The translations under genes were made by a program, and so were the position numbers. 52,208 nt of DNA, taken from NCBI GenBank assembly GCA_963804955.1, contig CAWDSQ010000027.1, positions 1-52,208 of the forward strand, written 5' to 3'. Source of the DNA: an uncultured delta proteobacterium. Its GTDB lineage: Bacteria; Desulfobacterota; WTBG01; CAIYCZ01; CAIRTM01. This document shows, in pieces, positions 1-10,911 of the stretch (the stretch's first letter is position 1; the number at the start of each line of letters is the position of its first letter). The notes under the pieces were generated by a model. The model was given only the letters and a program-made list of their open reading frames with translations. It searched no databases and had not been told where the DNA came from.

Positions 1-363
1 GAAAGCATGATGCGTGCCTCCCGCGAGATTCACCGCAATGCCGTCGGCAAGGGCGGCCCTGCAGGCATCAATGGTTGCCCCGCATGACCTGCGCGCCCGC
101 TCAACAAGCTGCTGCGACCAGGGCAAACTCAGCCGCCGCAGCTCCTGAGGCGTGAGATCTCCCGATACGATCTTGCGAAGGTAGTCCGGGGAATGGGCCT
201 GCGTAATTTCTTCATCGGTTGCAGCATGGGGAATGAAAAAATCCTCTATAGGGGCAATGCTTTCAGCAATGAGCCGGTCGCGCAGCAGCCGGTATTTCTC
301 CATGGGAAAATGATGCCCCGGCGGCAGGGGCAGAACAAAGATATCCGTATAAAAAATCTTCAT
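1..363 (-). CDS. Histone deacetylase-family (HDAC/AcuC-like) protein, runs off the window start
   Basis: Manual translation from ATG at 363: MKIFYTDIFVLPLPPGHHFPMEKYRLLRDRL...QAHSPDYL...AVNLAGGTHHAF. The HxFP and GGTHHA motifs are typical of the HDAC family. Absent from the ORF track. Confidence 0.9.
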   Translation of the reverse strand, partial: MKIFYTDIFVLPLPPGHHFPMEKYRLLRDRLIAESIAPIEDFFIPHAATDEEITQAHSPDYLRKIVSGDLTPQELRRLSLPWSQQLVERARRSCGATIDACRAALADGIAVNLAGGTHHAF

Positions 364-733
364 AATTTTCCCCTGTATGTTCAGCCAAAACACCTCTGAA
401 ACTTTACCCGATAGAATTACAGCATAAAGCTTAGTTACTCTCAAATCAATACTGTTTGATACACGCAGCTTTAACCAGCCAGACTATAATAGGCAATCCT
501 GACAATAATTATTTTAATTTAAAATTTTTTATATAAAACAAAAAATTCAGTATAGGGCAAATCATAATGTATTTAATACTTGTTTTTAACTAGTATTAAA
601 TCTGCTATTTTACGTAACTATTTTGAGGTTGTTTTATTTGAAATCTGAAATTTTTTCACCTATACTTCAAAATAGCGCTTATGGCAAACAGGGTGTTTTA
701 ATATTTTACCACCAACAAACAAGGGAGGAGAAC

Positions 734-1588
734 ATGAAAAGAAGTACGCATTTTTCAACCGTTCTGGCAATTGTATGTGTTTCGTTGTTTTTTACTTTCC
801 TCGGCTCTGCACAGGCCAACTATTTTGACAAGAACCTCGGCACTGGCCAGGTTCGCGTCTTCTACAAAAGCCCTTCTCCTGCAAATTGCGAAGCATTCAT
901 ACTGGCCGTGGGCACGGCCATGTCGCGCGACAGCTATGACAATCTTGCCAATGCGATGACAGCTTATGGTTATGTTGTTGTTATTATGGATCATCAGCCC
1001 GGCAGCATGACAAAAACGGATGCAACGAAATTCAGAAATTGTACCATTGAAGTACAGAATAACATACTTGGCTGGCTGTCAGGCACGGGCTGCACCGGTA
1101 TTGCTCACTGGATTCTCGGCGGGCACTCCGCAGGCGGCCAGGCAGCGCAGAATGCCGTTGGCGGCGATCTCAATCTTGCCGATGCCATGTTCAGCATCGA
1201 CCCGTATAATATTGAAGGCGCAAGCCGCATAAATCTTCCGGGCCTGTACTGGGGCTTTAATGTAACGACCTGCTTTGTTGAAAAATCAGACGCTGCAGAA
1301 GCCGCATACTATTATTGCGATGGCCCCCGGGCCTTCTTCAGGGTGAAAAAAGTATACTCATGGACCTGGTGCGGATACTCACCCAAGTATTATCACTGCA
1401 GCTTTGCTGACGGCAGCTGTCCGGCCTGCACCAACTGCGCATATACCCCGAGCTATTTCTTTACCGATGTCGCAAAAAGCGTCAACAAGTTCGTCAACGC
1501 CGCTTTCTATGGCACATGGTCAAAGGCAAATGTTGCAGTCTCGACCACGACCCCCACAGAGCTTTTTGTTGACAGCGATGCGCCTTAA
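734..1588 (+). CDS. Secreted alpha/beta hydrolase, chlorophyllase/cutinase-like
   Basis: GGAGGAG RBS before ATG 734; signal peptide ending AQA; GHSAGG nucleophile elbow, IDPY acid motif, YYHC His candidate; Cys-rich. Confidence 0.7.
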   Translation: MKRSTHFSTVLAIVCVSLFFTFLGSAQANYFDKNLGTGQVRVFYKSPSPANCEAFILAVGTAMSRDSYDNLANAMTAYGYVVVIMDHQPGSMTKTDATKFRNCTIEVQNNILGWLSGTGCTGIAHWILGGHSAGGQAAQNAVGGDLNLADAMFSIDPYNIEGASRINLPGLYWGFNVTTCFVEKSDAAEAAYYYCDGPRAFFRVKKVYSWTWCGYSPKYYHCSFADGSCPACTNCAYTPSYFFTDVAKSVNKFVNAAFYGTWSKANVAVSTTTPTELFVDSDAP

Positions 1589-1611
1589 TGTTTTGCAGCA
1601 GATAGTTTAGT

Positions 1612-1652
1612 AAAAAGAGCCGCTGATGATACACTGTCAGCGGCTCTTTTTT
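1612..1652 (+). terminator. Intrinsic terminator, likely bidirectional
   Basis: aaaaagagccgctga-N10-tcagcggctcttttt. Confidence 0.85.
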
Positions 1653-1825
1653 ATCTCGTTACAGTAGCCAGCCTGCTCCACACCCTCTTCTTTTTATCAC
1701 GGTCCGCTGCAGACTGTCATTCTGTTGACAAAGTCGGCATTATGGTCTATTTCGATAGCAGGATTTAAACATTTCGCGTCCCGCCGCATCTGTGCATCAG
1801 CCTGCTGCCGACGGAAAGGACCTGC

Positions 1826-2170
1826 ATGCCCGCAAAAGCCAAAGACAAGACACATTACGTCATTACCTATCGCGACCCGAAGGATAATAAAATCGTCAGC
1901 CTCAAGGCCGGCAGGGTTACCGATTCGAGCCTTGGGCTCAGCTTTATCGCTATATCCGATTTCGTATTTTCCTCAAGCATGCTGGTCGTGAACCCCGAAG
2001 AAGAGGACCTGAAGCGGCGCCTGACCGATGTCAAAACGCTGCATATTTCCATCTACACCATCATCTCCATCAAAGAGGTCGGCCCGGCTCACAAGGGCCT
2101 GCATTTCAAAAAAGATAAATCCAATCTGCTCGTGCTGCCGGGCACGGTGCAGCCAACCAAGGGAAACTGA
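1826..2170 (+). CDS. DUF1820-like protein
   Basis: Pattern ...LSFIAISDFVF...VVNPEEEDLK..L..VK.LHI.IYTIISIKEV recalls DUF1820; TTGACA at 1725 upstream. Confidence 0.65.
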   Translation: MPAKAKDKTHYVITYRDPKDNKIVSLKAGRVTDSSLGLSFIAISDFVFSSSMLVVNPEEEDLKRRLTDVKTLHISIYTIISIKEVGPAHKGLHFKKDKSNLLVLPGTVQPTKGN

Positions 2171-2187
2171 GAAAGGAACGGTGCCGC

Positions 2188-2907
2188 ATGCCCCAGACAG
2201 ACACGGTTTGGAAATATTGCTACTGGCTGAATGATACGCAGATAGAGCAGCTCAAGGTACAGATGAAGCGCCAAGGCATCGACATGCTGCAGGCTAAACA
2301 AAACGCATGCGAGATACTGCTTGCCGATATCGGTTATGCAGCCCCGTCGATCTGGCAGATCATCTGCAAGTTCGATGCGGCGCCCTGGTATGACGCTTCG
2401 CCGTTTGCCGGTAAATACATCGTTGCATCGTCGCAGGCCCTGCCGGAGGATTTTCAAGCCTGTTTGGCGGCAACTATCAGCCCGGTTGATTTTGTGCCTC
2501 CCGTCGCTGTTTCTGAGGATGAGAAGCAGAGCCTCGTCAACAATAGGGTTTTTCGTGGGCGGGTGCCTGAAAAGTGGGGCTCTTTCCCTAAGGAAACGGG
2601 TGAGGCCATCGTGGCGGGCCTGCAAAAAATGTTCGGCTCGCAGGTCAAAACCTTTGATGAGCTGCTCACGACCTGGACAGCCGTGCACGCTAATTTCGTC
2701 TGTCCTGCCTTCAGGGCCGGAGCCGATTGCGGGGGAGCGCCATATTCTATTGCCGATTCGGCCCATATAAGCTCCTGCTGCGTCGAGCTGTTCAATATGC
2801 TCGGCTCGCAGGAACCCCTGCTCGTTCGGCCCTGCATCGGCGGCGTTATTGTGAAAGCGCTTGAAAAGGACCGTTATTATCTTATGAAACCTGTTAGAGA
2901 AAAATGA
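2188..2907 (+). CDS. Hypothetical protein with Cys-containing C-terminus
   Basis: 239-aa ORF with AAGGA RBS; stop overlaps the next ATG (ATGA). Confidence 0.7.
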   Translation: MPQTDTVWKYCYWLNDTQIEQLKVQMKRQGIDMLQAKQNACEILLADIGYAAPSIWQIICKFDAAPWYDASPFAGKYIVASSQALPEDFQACLAATISPVDFVPPVAVSEDEKQSLVNNRVFRGRVPEKWGSFPKETGEAIVAGLQKMFGSQVKTFDELLTTWTAVHANFVCPAFRAGADCGGAPYSIADSAHISSCCVELFNMLGSQEPLLVRPCIGGVIVKALEKDRYYLMKPVREK

Positions 2908-4314
2908 GTACCGCACCTCTTCCAAAAACTCTTGGCGATCTGAAGCGCTCTGGCTGGCAAAGCCGCAGCATAAAGGCCGAGCTGCAGCAGAACCTTATCG
3001 CGAAAATACGCAGCCGCGAGAACCTGTTTCCCGGCGTCATCGGCTATGAAAACTCGGTCATACCTGAGCTGGAAAACGCCATCCTGTCGGGCCACGACAT
3101 CATATTTCCTCGGCGAGCGCGGCCAGGGCAAAACCCGCATCATGCGCAGCCTTGCGAACCTTCTGGATGAATGGCTGCCGGTTCTGGAGGGCTGCGAAAT
3201 AAATGACGATCCGCTGGCGCCCATCTGCTCCCACTGCAGAAAGCAGGTTGCCGAGCTCGGGGATGGGGCCCCTGTTGCATGGCTGCACCGCAGCCTTCGC
3301 TACGGCGAAAAGCTCGCCACGCCCGATGTGACCATAGCTGATCTCATCGGCGATATCGATCCCATCAAGGTTGCCGAAGGCCGGCATCTCTCCGATGAGG
3401 GCGTCATCCACTACGGCCTTATCCCGCGCACCAACCGCGGCATCTTCTCGGTGAACGAACTGCCCGACCTGCATGAAAAAATCCAGGTGGGGCTTTTCAA
3501 CCTTCTGGAGGAGCGCGATGTGCAGATCCGGGGCTACAAGTTCAACCTGCCCCTTGATATTTTCATTATCGCAACCGCCAATCCTGAAGACTACACCAGC
3601 CGCGGCCGCATCATCACGCCGCTGAAAGACCGCTTCGGCGCTCAGGTGCGCACGCACTATCCGCGCACGCTCGAGCAGGAAGTGGCCATTGTGCGGCAGG
3701 AAATGGCGCCGTTCAGGCATGACGGGCTGCGGCTTACCATTCCGCTGTTCATGGAGCAGGTGGTGGCCGAGATTTCCCAGGCCGCCCGCCGCAGGCAGGA
3801 CATCAACCACTTCTCGGGCGTGAGCGTGCGCATGACCATACACAATATGGAAACGCTGGTCAGCAATGCCCTGCGGCGCAGCGTGCGCCTGGGCGAGACC
3901 GGGGTCGTGCCGCGCGTGACCGATCTGCCGCATCTCACCTCGACCATGAAGGGCAAGGTGGAGTGGAACTTTGCCGAGGCAGGCGAGGAGGATGAAAAGC
4001 TCGGGGGACTTGTGCGCGAAGCTGTGCATGCCATTTTCCGCAAGGCATTTCCCGCAGGCATCTTCGACGACTTTCTGCGAGCCTTCACCGGCGATGCCGC
4101 CTTGGAGGTATCTGAGCTGACGCCGCGGAGGCCTACCTTGAAATGCTCTCGCGCTATCCGCAGCTTCGGCAGCAGGCCGAGCGGCTGGCTGCGCCTGCTA
4201 CACCCGCCTGCCCTTGCAGCAGCAACAGAATTCATTCTTGAAGGCCTTGCAACGCAGGGGCGCATCACGAGAATCATGCGCGAAGGCCAAGCCCGCTACG
4301 CCGCAAAGCAATGA
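2904..4314 (+). CDS. AAA+ ATPase, Mg-chelatase ChlI/MoxR-related (frameshifted)
   Basis: Walker A GERGQGKT, NELPDL, ATANPEDYTSRGRIITPLKDRF. Frame break near 3105; probably compensating shifts near 4125-4200. Confidence 0.85.
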
Positions 4315-5791
4315 AGATATACACCTACCAGCCCGGCTCCGGCTCCATAGCCGGAGCCGTTTATGACGACACCGATCCGCTCGACGCTCTTGCCAAAATC
4401 ATTTTACGCCACGACTCACTTGATACTGCCATAAAGGAGCTGCAGCGCAAAGGCGTGAGAGGCGACGATGGCTCCAAACTTTTTTTCGGCATTAAGGACC
4501 TGCTTGAGGAGCTGCGGCAAAAAAAGAAGCAGGCCCTTCATGAGCTTGGCCTTGCCGACATGGACAGCGGCGCACTTGATAAAATTTCTGAATTTGCCGA
4601 AGCTCTGCCCTATGGCTCCGATGCCCGCGCAACGTTTCGGGAAAGCGTTTCGGCTATGCCGGAGGCCACTCTTGCCCTTGCGCAGTATCTGGATGACCGG
4701 CTCAACCGTGATACCCAGAAGCTCTCGGTGCGCGAAGCTTGCCTCATGGCCGGAAAAATAAAAGACATGGACCGCCTTGAAAAGTCGCTCCATTCTCTTC
4801 GCTGGTCAACGCAGTTCGATGCTCTGGATGAAGAGCTTCTTGAAAAGGCCATGGGGTCTGAGGCCCTTGCCAAATGGCAGGCCATAAGAAATCTGCCCAT
4901 GCGGCTTCTTGAGCAGGGACTTGTCGCCGCAGCGGGTCCAATTTCATGTTTACGCCTGCGGGCCTGCAGAAAGCCGCATGGGGCATGCTGCGCCACATTG
5001 TACAGCCGGGCAAAAACGAAAAACTTTCCCGCCGGATGAGCGCCGGGCTGAATACCGAGCCCTATCTTATCCAGGGCACGCGGCCCTACCGGTTCGGCGA
5101 TCTGCTGCAGATAGACACCAGCGCATCGCTTATGAACACGCTCAAGCGCACGGGCGGCCGGCCGCCGCTGCGCCCGTCTGAAGATGATCTTGAGGTGTAT
5201 GAAAAAGAGCCTGTGCTGCGCACCGCCACCGTGGTGCTGCTTGACCTCAGCAAGTCCATGAATTTTGACGGCCGCTATATTGCCGCTAAAAAGGTGGCCA
5301 TGGCGCTGATCGGCCTTATTCGCTCCCGCTATGTGCAGGACCGCATCACCGTCGTGGGGTTTTCAACTTCGGCGCGCATCATCCCTGAGCATGAAATACC
5401 GTTTTTGCCCTGGGATGAAGCAAATCCCTATACCAACTTTGAGGAGGCCTTTGCCATGGGGCAGCAGGTTCTTGCGCGCATGAAAGGCTATCGCCGTCAG
5501 ATATTTCTCATCACCGACGGCGAGCCAACGGCTCACCGTGAGGCCGGAGCCCTGTGCTTTCAATTTCCGCCCCACCCCGAAACCCTGCGCCGCACCATGG
5601 CGGCCGTCGATGCGCTAACGCGGCAAAAAATAGCCTTAAGCATTTTTCTGTTTTCGCAGGAGCATGAACGCGTCGGGTTCATGCATGAAATGGCCCGCCG
5701 GTCTGCCGGCCGGATTTTCCATCTCCACCCGGCGGATTTGGGGCGCTGCATGCTTATGGATTATCTGGATAAAAAACAGCGGTGGTACTGA
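4311..5791 (+). CDS. VWA domain protein, partner of the AAA ATPase (frameshifted near 4940)
   Basis: MIDAS DLSKSM, ITDGEPTAH, TRPYRFGD; two overlapping ORFs join into one protein. Confidence 0.85.
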
Positions 5792-5915
5792 AACAGGGCA
5801 TGCTCAGAATCGGCAAAGGCAGCGCATGCGTGCCCCCCGGCTCGGGCAGATGCGGTTGTATCTTGCTCATGAAGCCGTTCGGCTATAAAAAACAGGTATT
5901 CTGCTATCTGACCGG

Positions 5916-6812
5916 GTGAAGAAGATGGATGATGATCAATGGCAGCCCTATGCCCCCAAACAAGCCTGTCGCGCATGCGGTAACAGCCGCGGCGAGCTCC
6001 TGTTCATCGTGTCCGGCTGCCCCGTGGTGCGCTGCGCGCAGTGCAGGCATGTTTTTCTCGATATTGCTCATAATGATCGCACCATCGAAGAGATGTACCG
6101 CCAGTACGGATGCACGGACGAAACGGTTTATTTCGAGGGCATCAATGCCGGGGTGGAAAAAAACATCGACCGCTTTCTTGCCCGCTGCAGGCAGTACTGC
6201 GCCGCGGCAGGGCCGAAGCCGCGGCTGCTTGATATCGGCTGCGGCAACGGCGCGCTTCTCAAGCGTGCTCTCCAGGCCGGCTTTGAGTGCCAGGGCATCG
6301 AGATCAGCTCGCCGCTGGCTGATCAGGCCCGGCAGCAGACCGGCTGCCCCGTGCATACCTGCTTTCTGGCGGACGCGAATTTACCGGAGGGCAGTTTTGA
6401 TGCTGTCACCATGTACGATGTTATCGAGCACCTCCAAAGCCCGCGCACCGATCTTGCCACAGTCCGCGAGCTGCTGCGCCCCGGGGGCATTCTTTTCCTT
6501 TTCACCCCCAATGAGAACGCGCTGCCCAGAAAGATCGCAAAGGCATGCTACCGGCTCTCAGCCCATGCGGTCAGCAGGCCCCTTGAAGTACTCTACTATG
6601 CAAACCATCTTTCATATTTTACGCGGGCAAGTCTTTCGCGGCTGCTGCTTGATACCGGCTTTGACATCATGGGCATCCAAATGCTGTCATATGACCGCTC
6701 GCGCCTGAGGCTTTCCCTGCTGCAGCAGGCAGCCCTTTCTATGCTCCAGCCCGTGCTCATGCTCTATCCACCCGTGAGGGGCAAAATCGCCCTGTGGGCC
6801 AGAAAAAGATAG
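5916..6812 (+). CDS. Class I SAM-dependent methyltransferase with N-terminal CxxC pairs
   Basis: LLDIGCGNG, DAVTMYDVIEHL, LRPGG; CRAC and CAQC. Confidence 0.85.
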   Translation: MKKMDDDQWQPYAPKQACRACGNSRGELLFIVSGCPVVRCAQCRHVFLDIAHNDRTIEEMYRQYGCTDETVYFEGINAGVEKNIDRFLARCRQYCAAAGPKPRLLDIGCGNGALLKRALQAGFECQGIEISSPLADQARQQTGCPVHTCFLADANLPEGSFDAVTMYDVIEHLQSPRTDLATVRELLRPGGILFLFTPNENALPRKIAKACYRLSAHAVSRPLEVLYYANHLSYFTRASLSRLLLDTGFDIMGIQMLSYDRSRLRLSLLQQAALSMLQPVLMLYPPVRGKIALWARKR

Positions 6813-6856
6813 GCCCGCCGGTCTGCCAGCCGGATTTTCCACCTGCACCCGACGGA
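6812..6856 (+). repeat. 45-bp imperfect direct repeat of the VWA gene 3' region (5692-5736)
   Basis: 41/45 identical by manual alignment. Confidence 0.85.
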
Positions 6857-7320
6857 GCCTGTTACGGTGGGCTGCCAGAGTCGGGGATGGCAGATGACTG
6901 CAAAAGGGTGATCTGCCCATATTTGCTGCACGCCGCAGGAAAATCTGACAGGGAAAGCGGAATGGGTATTGCCCCCTATAATCGACATTGTTGAACATCA
7001 CAAGATCATCAAGGCGATACTCCGGTATGTCTGGCTGCCTCCTCCGCAAGCGGCATTTGGTTACACTATCTTGTGTCCGTTTGTGTCTCACGTAAGGGGG
7101 AAATATCGTAAAAAATAAAATATGATAAAACATAAAACACATTGCATCAAAATTTTTACGGCACCAATTTTGACCGTAATTATTTTTTGATTTTTAGTCC
7201 GCGATACACTAAATATGTTTCTATAGACAGCATCGTTCCTTCGTCTGCACCTTTTAGCGCCTGCTTTCGCTTTGTCGAAGCAGGCTGATAATCACGCACA
7301 TATCAGGAGCAAGGGATATT

Positions 7321-7530
7321 ATGAGCGAGGACAAAAAAACACCCCATACGCCTATTGAAATCCTGCAGGCGGCGCTGCGCAAAGAACAGAGCTCATACGC
7401 CTTTTATGATGACATGCTGCAGCAGTCGACAGTTGGGTTCGTATCCGATATTCTGGAGGAACTGCGCGATGCGGAATTCCATCATATGAAGATGATAGAA
7501 AAAAAGATCGCTCATCTGGAGCTGGGCTGA
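7321..7530 (+). CDS. Small rubrerythrin/ferritin-like protein
   Basis: ALRKEQSSYAFY...LRDAEFHH, an E...ExxH half diiron motif. Confidence 0.7.
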   Translation: MSEDKKTPHTPIEILQAALRKEQSSYAFYDDMLQQSTVGFVSDILEELRDAEFHHMKMIEKKIAHLELG

Positions 7531-7712
7531 GCAGGCGCGGCGCATGCTTATTCCGGCAGAAGATAATTTTATATAATAATTATAAAACATAACCTTGCGC
7601 TACGCTTCATATCTGATATATAATAACAGCATCTTTTTCATTACTGCCTGAGCCTGAACGGCGGCTTGTTCAGAGGAAAACGGCATGCTGAACCATGAGC
7701 TGACACGGAACC

Positions 7713-8939
7713 ATGACCGAACAAAAAAGCAATCGGCGCGATCTCGCCATCATCGCATTTACCGCCTTTCTGAACTTTACCGGCCTGACGCTTGCCATAC
7801 CGATTTTTACGCCCCTGTGCCTTGATCAGACAGGCGGCATTATTGCCCTCGGAACGAGCATCCCGGTGCGGACAACCATCCTGGGGTTTCTTTTGGGAAT
7901 ATTCCCCTTGTGCCAGTTTTTCACCTCCCCCCTGCTGGGCGCGCTTTCCGACCGCCTTGGACGAAAAAAAATTCTGCTCTTTGCCATAGCAGGCACATGT
8001 GCGGGTTATATCATAATGGCGCTGGGCATACTGATCGAGAGTCTTCCTTTGGCATTCTTAAGCCGCATCATTACGGGAGGTTTTTCCGGCAGCCTGGCGG
8101 TAACGCAATCGGCCATTGCGGATTTGAGTGATGAAAACTCACGGGCAAAGAACTTCGGCCTGCTGGGGGCTGCTTTCGGCACAAGCTTATTTATCGGACC
8201 TGCGCTTGGCGGTTTTCTATCGGACCCGACCATCAATGCCCGGTTCAATTTTGCAACACCGTTCTGGCTTGCTGCGTTTTTAACCGCAGTCAATTTTCTG
8301 CAGGTGGCATGGCAGTTTTGCGAAACTCTGCCTCCGGAAAAACGCAGGCATGCTGATTTTCACCTGCTTGTCGGTCCGATAAATATTATTAAGGCTTTTC
8401 AGACCACCGCCTACCGCAGGATGTTTCTGGTTGTTTTTGCCCTTGCCTTCGGGTTCAACTTTTTCACGCAGTTTTTCCAGGTCTATCTCATCGACCAGTT
8501 TGCCGCCACGCCCAAGCAGCTCGGCATGGTGCTGTCCTATCTCGGAATCTGGTCTATACTGACGCAGGCCGTAATCGTGCGGCCCATCTCAGCAAGATTT
8601 GCCCCCGTAAAAATTCTGCCCATATCCTTGCTGCTGCTGGCGGCTTCATTTCCTGCGCTGCTTATGGCGCAGGACTTCTGGATGCTTTTTCCCGTGATGA
8701 TTTTTATACCCCTTTTCAACGGCTTGGCGAGCCCGAATTTGACCGCAGTGGTGTGCGGGCTTGGAGGCGATAAAAGCCATGGGGAGATTCTGGGCATCAA
8801 CCAGTCAGTGATGGCCATGGCTCAGTTCCTGCCGCCCCTGATCGGCGGCTATATTGTGGGGCAGCATTTTACCCTGCCGCTCTGGATTACCTCTGGATCA
8901 ATTCTTCTGGCATGGATATTATTCTTGAGAACACGATAG
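7713..8939 (+). CDS. MFS transporter, TetA/DHA1 family
   Basis: Motif A GALSDRLGRK, GPALGG, about 12 TM segments. Confidence 0.9.
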   Translation: MTEQKSNRRDLAIIAFTAFLNFTGLTLAIPIFTPLCLDQTGGIIALGTSIPVRTTILGFLLGIFPLCQFFTSPLLGALSDRLGRKKILLFAIAGTCAGYIIMALGILIESLPLAFLSRIITGGFSGSLAVTQSAIADLSDENSRAKNFGLLGAAFGTSLFIGPALGGFLSDPTINARFNFATPFWLAAFLTAVNFLQVAWQFCETLPPEKRRHADFHLLVGPINIIKAFQTTAYRRMFLVVFALAFGFNFFTQFFQVYLIDQFAATPKQLGMVLSYLGIWSILTQAVIVRPISARFAPVKILPISLLLLAASFPALLMAQDFWMLFPVMIFIPLFNGLASPNLTAVVCGLGGDKSHGEILGINQSVMAMAQFLPPLIGGYIVGQHFTLPLWITSGSILLAWILFLRTR

Positions 8940-9071
8940 CAGCCCGGCCTTTTCCAGCCCGCAGCCATCAGTAATCACGAAATTGCTTTTTCTTCATTTC
9001 TGATATACTATTCCTGCATAGTGATTTGTGCCTGCTGTCGCAGGCCAACAGTGCACTTTACAAGGGGCGGC

Positions 9072-9284
9072 ATGATGGACAAAGCATTTCTCGAACAGAT
9101 GCAAAAGAAGGTGGCGCAGGAGCTTCGCGCCAAGGAAACCGAAACCGTCACTTTCTGGAAGGAAGAGATTGAAAAAGTAGTGCGAAAAAACACGGAAAGC
9201 CTTTCCGCCCTTCAGGTTGAAATAAAAAATATTCTGGCGCGCATGGACAACCGGCTCAAGGCAGTCAAGCGGGGCAATGATTAA
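9072..9284 (+). CDS. Small helical hypothetical protein
   Basis: AAGGGG RBS before ATG 9072; directly upstream of the HD gene. Confidence 0.65.
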   Translation: MMDKAFLEQMQKKVAQELRAKETETVTFWKEEIEKVVRKNTESLSALQVEIKNILARMDNRLKAVKRGND

Positions 9285-9299
9285 ACGGAGAAAGGCTCC

Positions 9300-10724
9300 A
9301 TGAAAATTGACATACCTCTTCCCCATAAAGGCACGGCCCTTATTGCCGATCCCATATATAATTATATACCATTCACCGTGCGCGACCATGACCGGCAGGC
9401 CGAAACAACCGAGGAAGACCTTATCGACACGCCCTGGATGCAGCGCCTGCGGCGCATTCAGCAACTCCAGAGCGCCCGCTGGGTCTATCCGTCAGCGGAG
9501 CACACGCGCTTTCAGCACAGCCTCGGGACCATGCATATGGCAGGTCAGTTTGCACGCCAGCTCTACCCCAGCCTGAAAACGGTCTGCCCCGACACGCCGT
9601 CATTTACCTGCTTTGAAGAAACCTTCCGCATTGCCGGCCTGCTGCACGATATAGGCCACGGGCCCTACGGGCATTTTTTCGACGACCATTTCCTCTCGCA
9701 GTACAAACTGACCCATGAAATTCTCGGCAAGGAAATTATCGAAAAGAAGCTCGGCGTCATTATCGGCAAAATCCGCCGCAGTCCGTCCGGGCCTTTTGAA
9801 AAAGGCGAACGGATACATCCCGCAGACATCGGGTTTCTCATAAAAAAACCGCCCGAGCGGGGTGATGAGCGCAGGCCCCGGTGGCTGCAGTTTCTGCAGC
9901 AGCTTTTTTCGGGGCTCTACACGGTAGACAACCTCGACTATGTGCAGCGCGACGCCTATATGACCGGGTTTTCCATCGATATTGTCGATATCAATCGCCT
10001 GCTGTTTTACTCGTTTTTTTCAGAAAACGGGCTGACCCTGCACCAGGCCGGAGTTTCGGCCTTCACGCGGTTTCTCAATGCGCGGCTCAATCTTTACGCC
10101 AATATCTACTATCACCGCACGGGGCGGGCCATAGATTTTCACATGCAGGAAATTTTCCGCGACACGATGCGCTTCGTGTTTCCCAAAAACCCGAAAACAG
10201 CCCTCGATGAGTACCTGTATCTCAACGACTGGTCGCTCACTCAGGAGGTTGAATCGTGGCGGCATGCCCGCGACAGCCGCCGCAAGCGCCTCGGGAAGGA
10301 ATGGGCCGATATCATCAACCGCCGCGTTAAATGGCGAATGGCCTACTCAACAGAGCTCAGCATCGACCGGGCGCAGAAAGGAATGCTCTCGTTTCACCAG
10401 CCGCAGCAGCTGGAGGATGCCATTCGCGCTTTTCTGCCGCAGGCCATCAGGAAAAAAATCCGGTTTTGCGTTGATCTTGCCACGCAGGATCCCCGGCCTC
10501 TGAATCCCATGGCCGAAAGCAATAAGCGCATCAATATCTATAATCCATCAACGGGTAAAACATCCTATGAGCCCCTGCAGGAAATTTTTAAATATATACC
10601 TGCCCGTGTTGTGCATTTTCGGGTCTTTGCCCTGAATCATGATAACGACGGGGCGCTGGCCGAAGCAGCGGAAAGAATTTTTTACCCGCCGTCGCGCGGA
10701 AGCTCCCAGGAAACCAACCTGTAA
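9300..10724 (+). CDS. HD-domain phosphohydrolase (dNTP triphosphohydrolase/SAMHD1-like)
   Basis: QRLRRIQQL, AEHTRFQHSLG, LLHDIGHGP, DNLDYVQRD. Confidence 0.9.
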   Translation: MKIDIPLPHKGTALIADPIYNYIPFTVRDHDRQAETTEEDLIDTPWMQRLRRIQQLQSARWVYPSAEHTRFQHSLGTMHMAGQFARQLYPSLKTVCPDTPSFTCFEETFRIAGLLHDIGHGPYGHFFDDHFLSQYKLTHEILGKEIIEKKLGVIIGKIRRSPSGPFEKGERIHPADIGFLIKKPPERGDERRPRWLQFLQQLFSGLYTVDNLDYVQRDAYMTGFSIDIVDINRLLFYSFFSENGLTLHQAGVSAFTRFLNARLNLYANIYYHRTGRAIDFHMQEIFRDTMRFVFPKNPKTALDEYLYLNDWSLTQEVESWRHARDSRRKRLGKEWADIINRRVKWRMAYSTELSIDRAQKGMLSFHQPQQLEDAIRAFLPQAIRKKIRFCVDLATQDPRPLNPMAESNKRINIYNPSTGKTSYEPLQEIFKYIPARVVHFRVFALNHDNDGALAEAAERIFYPPSRGSSQETNL

Positions 10725-10911
10725 AAACAATGGCAGATTCATATACATACCGGCCACCGCTGAATACGTCATACTTCGAAAGAAGGAAATTCTTTTCCTT
10801 TGAAAACACCCCCGGGCACCCGCAGGAGATGGAGTGGCGCAACCGGTAGTAGTGAATGGTTCCTAAAGGCTGACAACCGTCCGCATTGCTTGAGCAGATA
10901 AGGATATATGC

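Noticed and set aside
10730..10849. 39-codon ORF MADSYTYRPP... between the HD and Hsp33-like genes
   Set aside because: No clear RBS or recognisable motif.
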